A DNA stretch of 64,000 bases from Botryllus schlosseri (Eukaryota), in the NCBI GenBank assembly GCA_051294905.1, contig CM119377.1, forward strand, positions 5,146,001 through 5,210,000. Reading direction: 5' to 3'. The notes under the pieces are model-generated. The model made no database searches. It worked only from the letters and a program-made list of their open reading frames with translations, and was not told where the DNA came from. A program made the translations under genes and the position numbers. Positions 63,083 to 64,000 of this stretch are shown piece after piece (within the stretch, counting starts at the first letter, position 1; each line of letters opens with the position of its first letter).

Positions 63083-63330
63083 CAGTAACAAAGTACTTTT
63101 ACTTTTTGAAAGTACTCAAGTAGTTTTCCTCTACTTCTGGTACTTACTCAAGTAGATCTGGTTTTCTCTACTTCTACTTCGTAATATTTTGCAATCTACT
63201 TATCGCTATTTTCAGTTTGTCAAGTAGAAGTAGATTAACCTCCCAATACGAAAGATAGGCTGAGGAATTTCGGGGCTGTTTTCACAGAGTACCAACATTT
63301 AATATTCATAAAAGTCAAGTAAAGCCCAGA
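63083..63330. repeat. TACTCAAGTA/TACTTGAGTA-rich dispersed repeat (probable MITE family)
   Basis: GTCAGTAACAAAGTAC..TACTCAAGTA repeats; similar decayed segments at ~27735-27960, 41330-41680, 52610-52860, 55860-56120 and 57060-57260. Boundaries are uncertain. Confidence 0.45.
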
Positions 63331-64000
63331 AATTTTGTTGCGCTTCGCGCACTCACGAAAGTATCAGTGATTATAATTTAGGTACCGGATTGCTTGGTTC
63401 CGCTCACACCGCATTGTCGCCCGTATCAAATATTTCATCACAATAAATATGGCCCACCGTAACGTTTGAAACTACCATTTTGCAATCTAGCAATTACCTA
63501 TCATATCGTAATCTAGCAGCCCATGATGTGTCCTGCTAATCTTGAAAATCCGGCTTTTTTTAACGTTACACCTGTTTTAGCAGATCACCTTTGAAGCTTT
63601 ATGGACAAAAGACATGACATATATTTTCCGCTTTTTAGAAGTGGGATTTGTCTTTCACTTTCAATTCTGAGTATCATACTTCGAGTTCTGATTACTTTCA
63701 GTTCTTTTGTCTGCAGAACATACATGTTGAAGCATAAAAGCAAGTGTAGTAATGGCTTTATTTCCCGAAAATGAAGCTACACTAAATATAAATTTTACGA
63801 TCCACAATATTTGTTATTAAAGTATACTAATAGCGCAAAGTGCTGAAACCGTGTCCGATACAACGTCTCCGTATTCCTCTTCGCCTAAACTTGGGGTCTT
63901 ATAATATGGGGTAGGGGGACATGCCATGATACTCTCTAAAACGGGGTCTTCTAGTAAACAAAGGGTTGGGATCGCATTTTCATATAAATACTATAATTTG

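Overview
Eukaryotic (metazoan) genomic DNA, most consistent with an invertebrate chordate such as an ascidian. That assignment is inference from the AT-rich background, ~60-nt minimal introns, an SBP2L-type SECIS-binding protein, a Meta-domain-like SINE and an intronless BTB-BACK-BACK-Kelch gene. Five protein-coding genes are supported. Three are intronless and clustered: a Kelch-like gene (15531-17627, -), DCTN2 (18407-19504, +) and CCDC86 (20401-20805, +). Two are spliced and were reconstructed by hand with every intron GT-AG and every phase consistent: SECISBP2L (22 coding exons, 50136->23120, -, 1087 aa) and ACAA2 (9 coding exons, 59140->51826, -, 397 aa). The rest is dominated by nested non-autonomous DNA transposons, many with recognisable target-site duplications: several hAT families, a P-like MITE, a Kolobok-like element, a 1.64-kb near-perfect palindrome and a MULE/Foldback-like element. 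There are also LINE 3' fragments and tRNA-derived SINEs. One hAT MITE family built from GACTCGAGTC palindromes has ~14 copies or fragments, 13 of them in introns of SECISBP2L and ACAA2, in both orientations. No intact transposase, rRNA, true tRNA or CRISPR array was found. Nothing here can be called a new system with confidence. The best leads are the MITE inverted pairs around exon modules, the candidate single-exon operon, the two foldback elements and a structured segment in the SECISBP2L 3' UTR.
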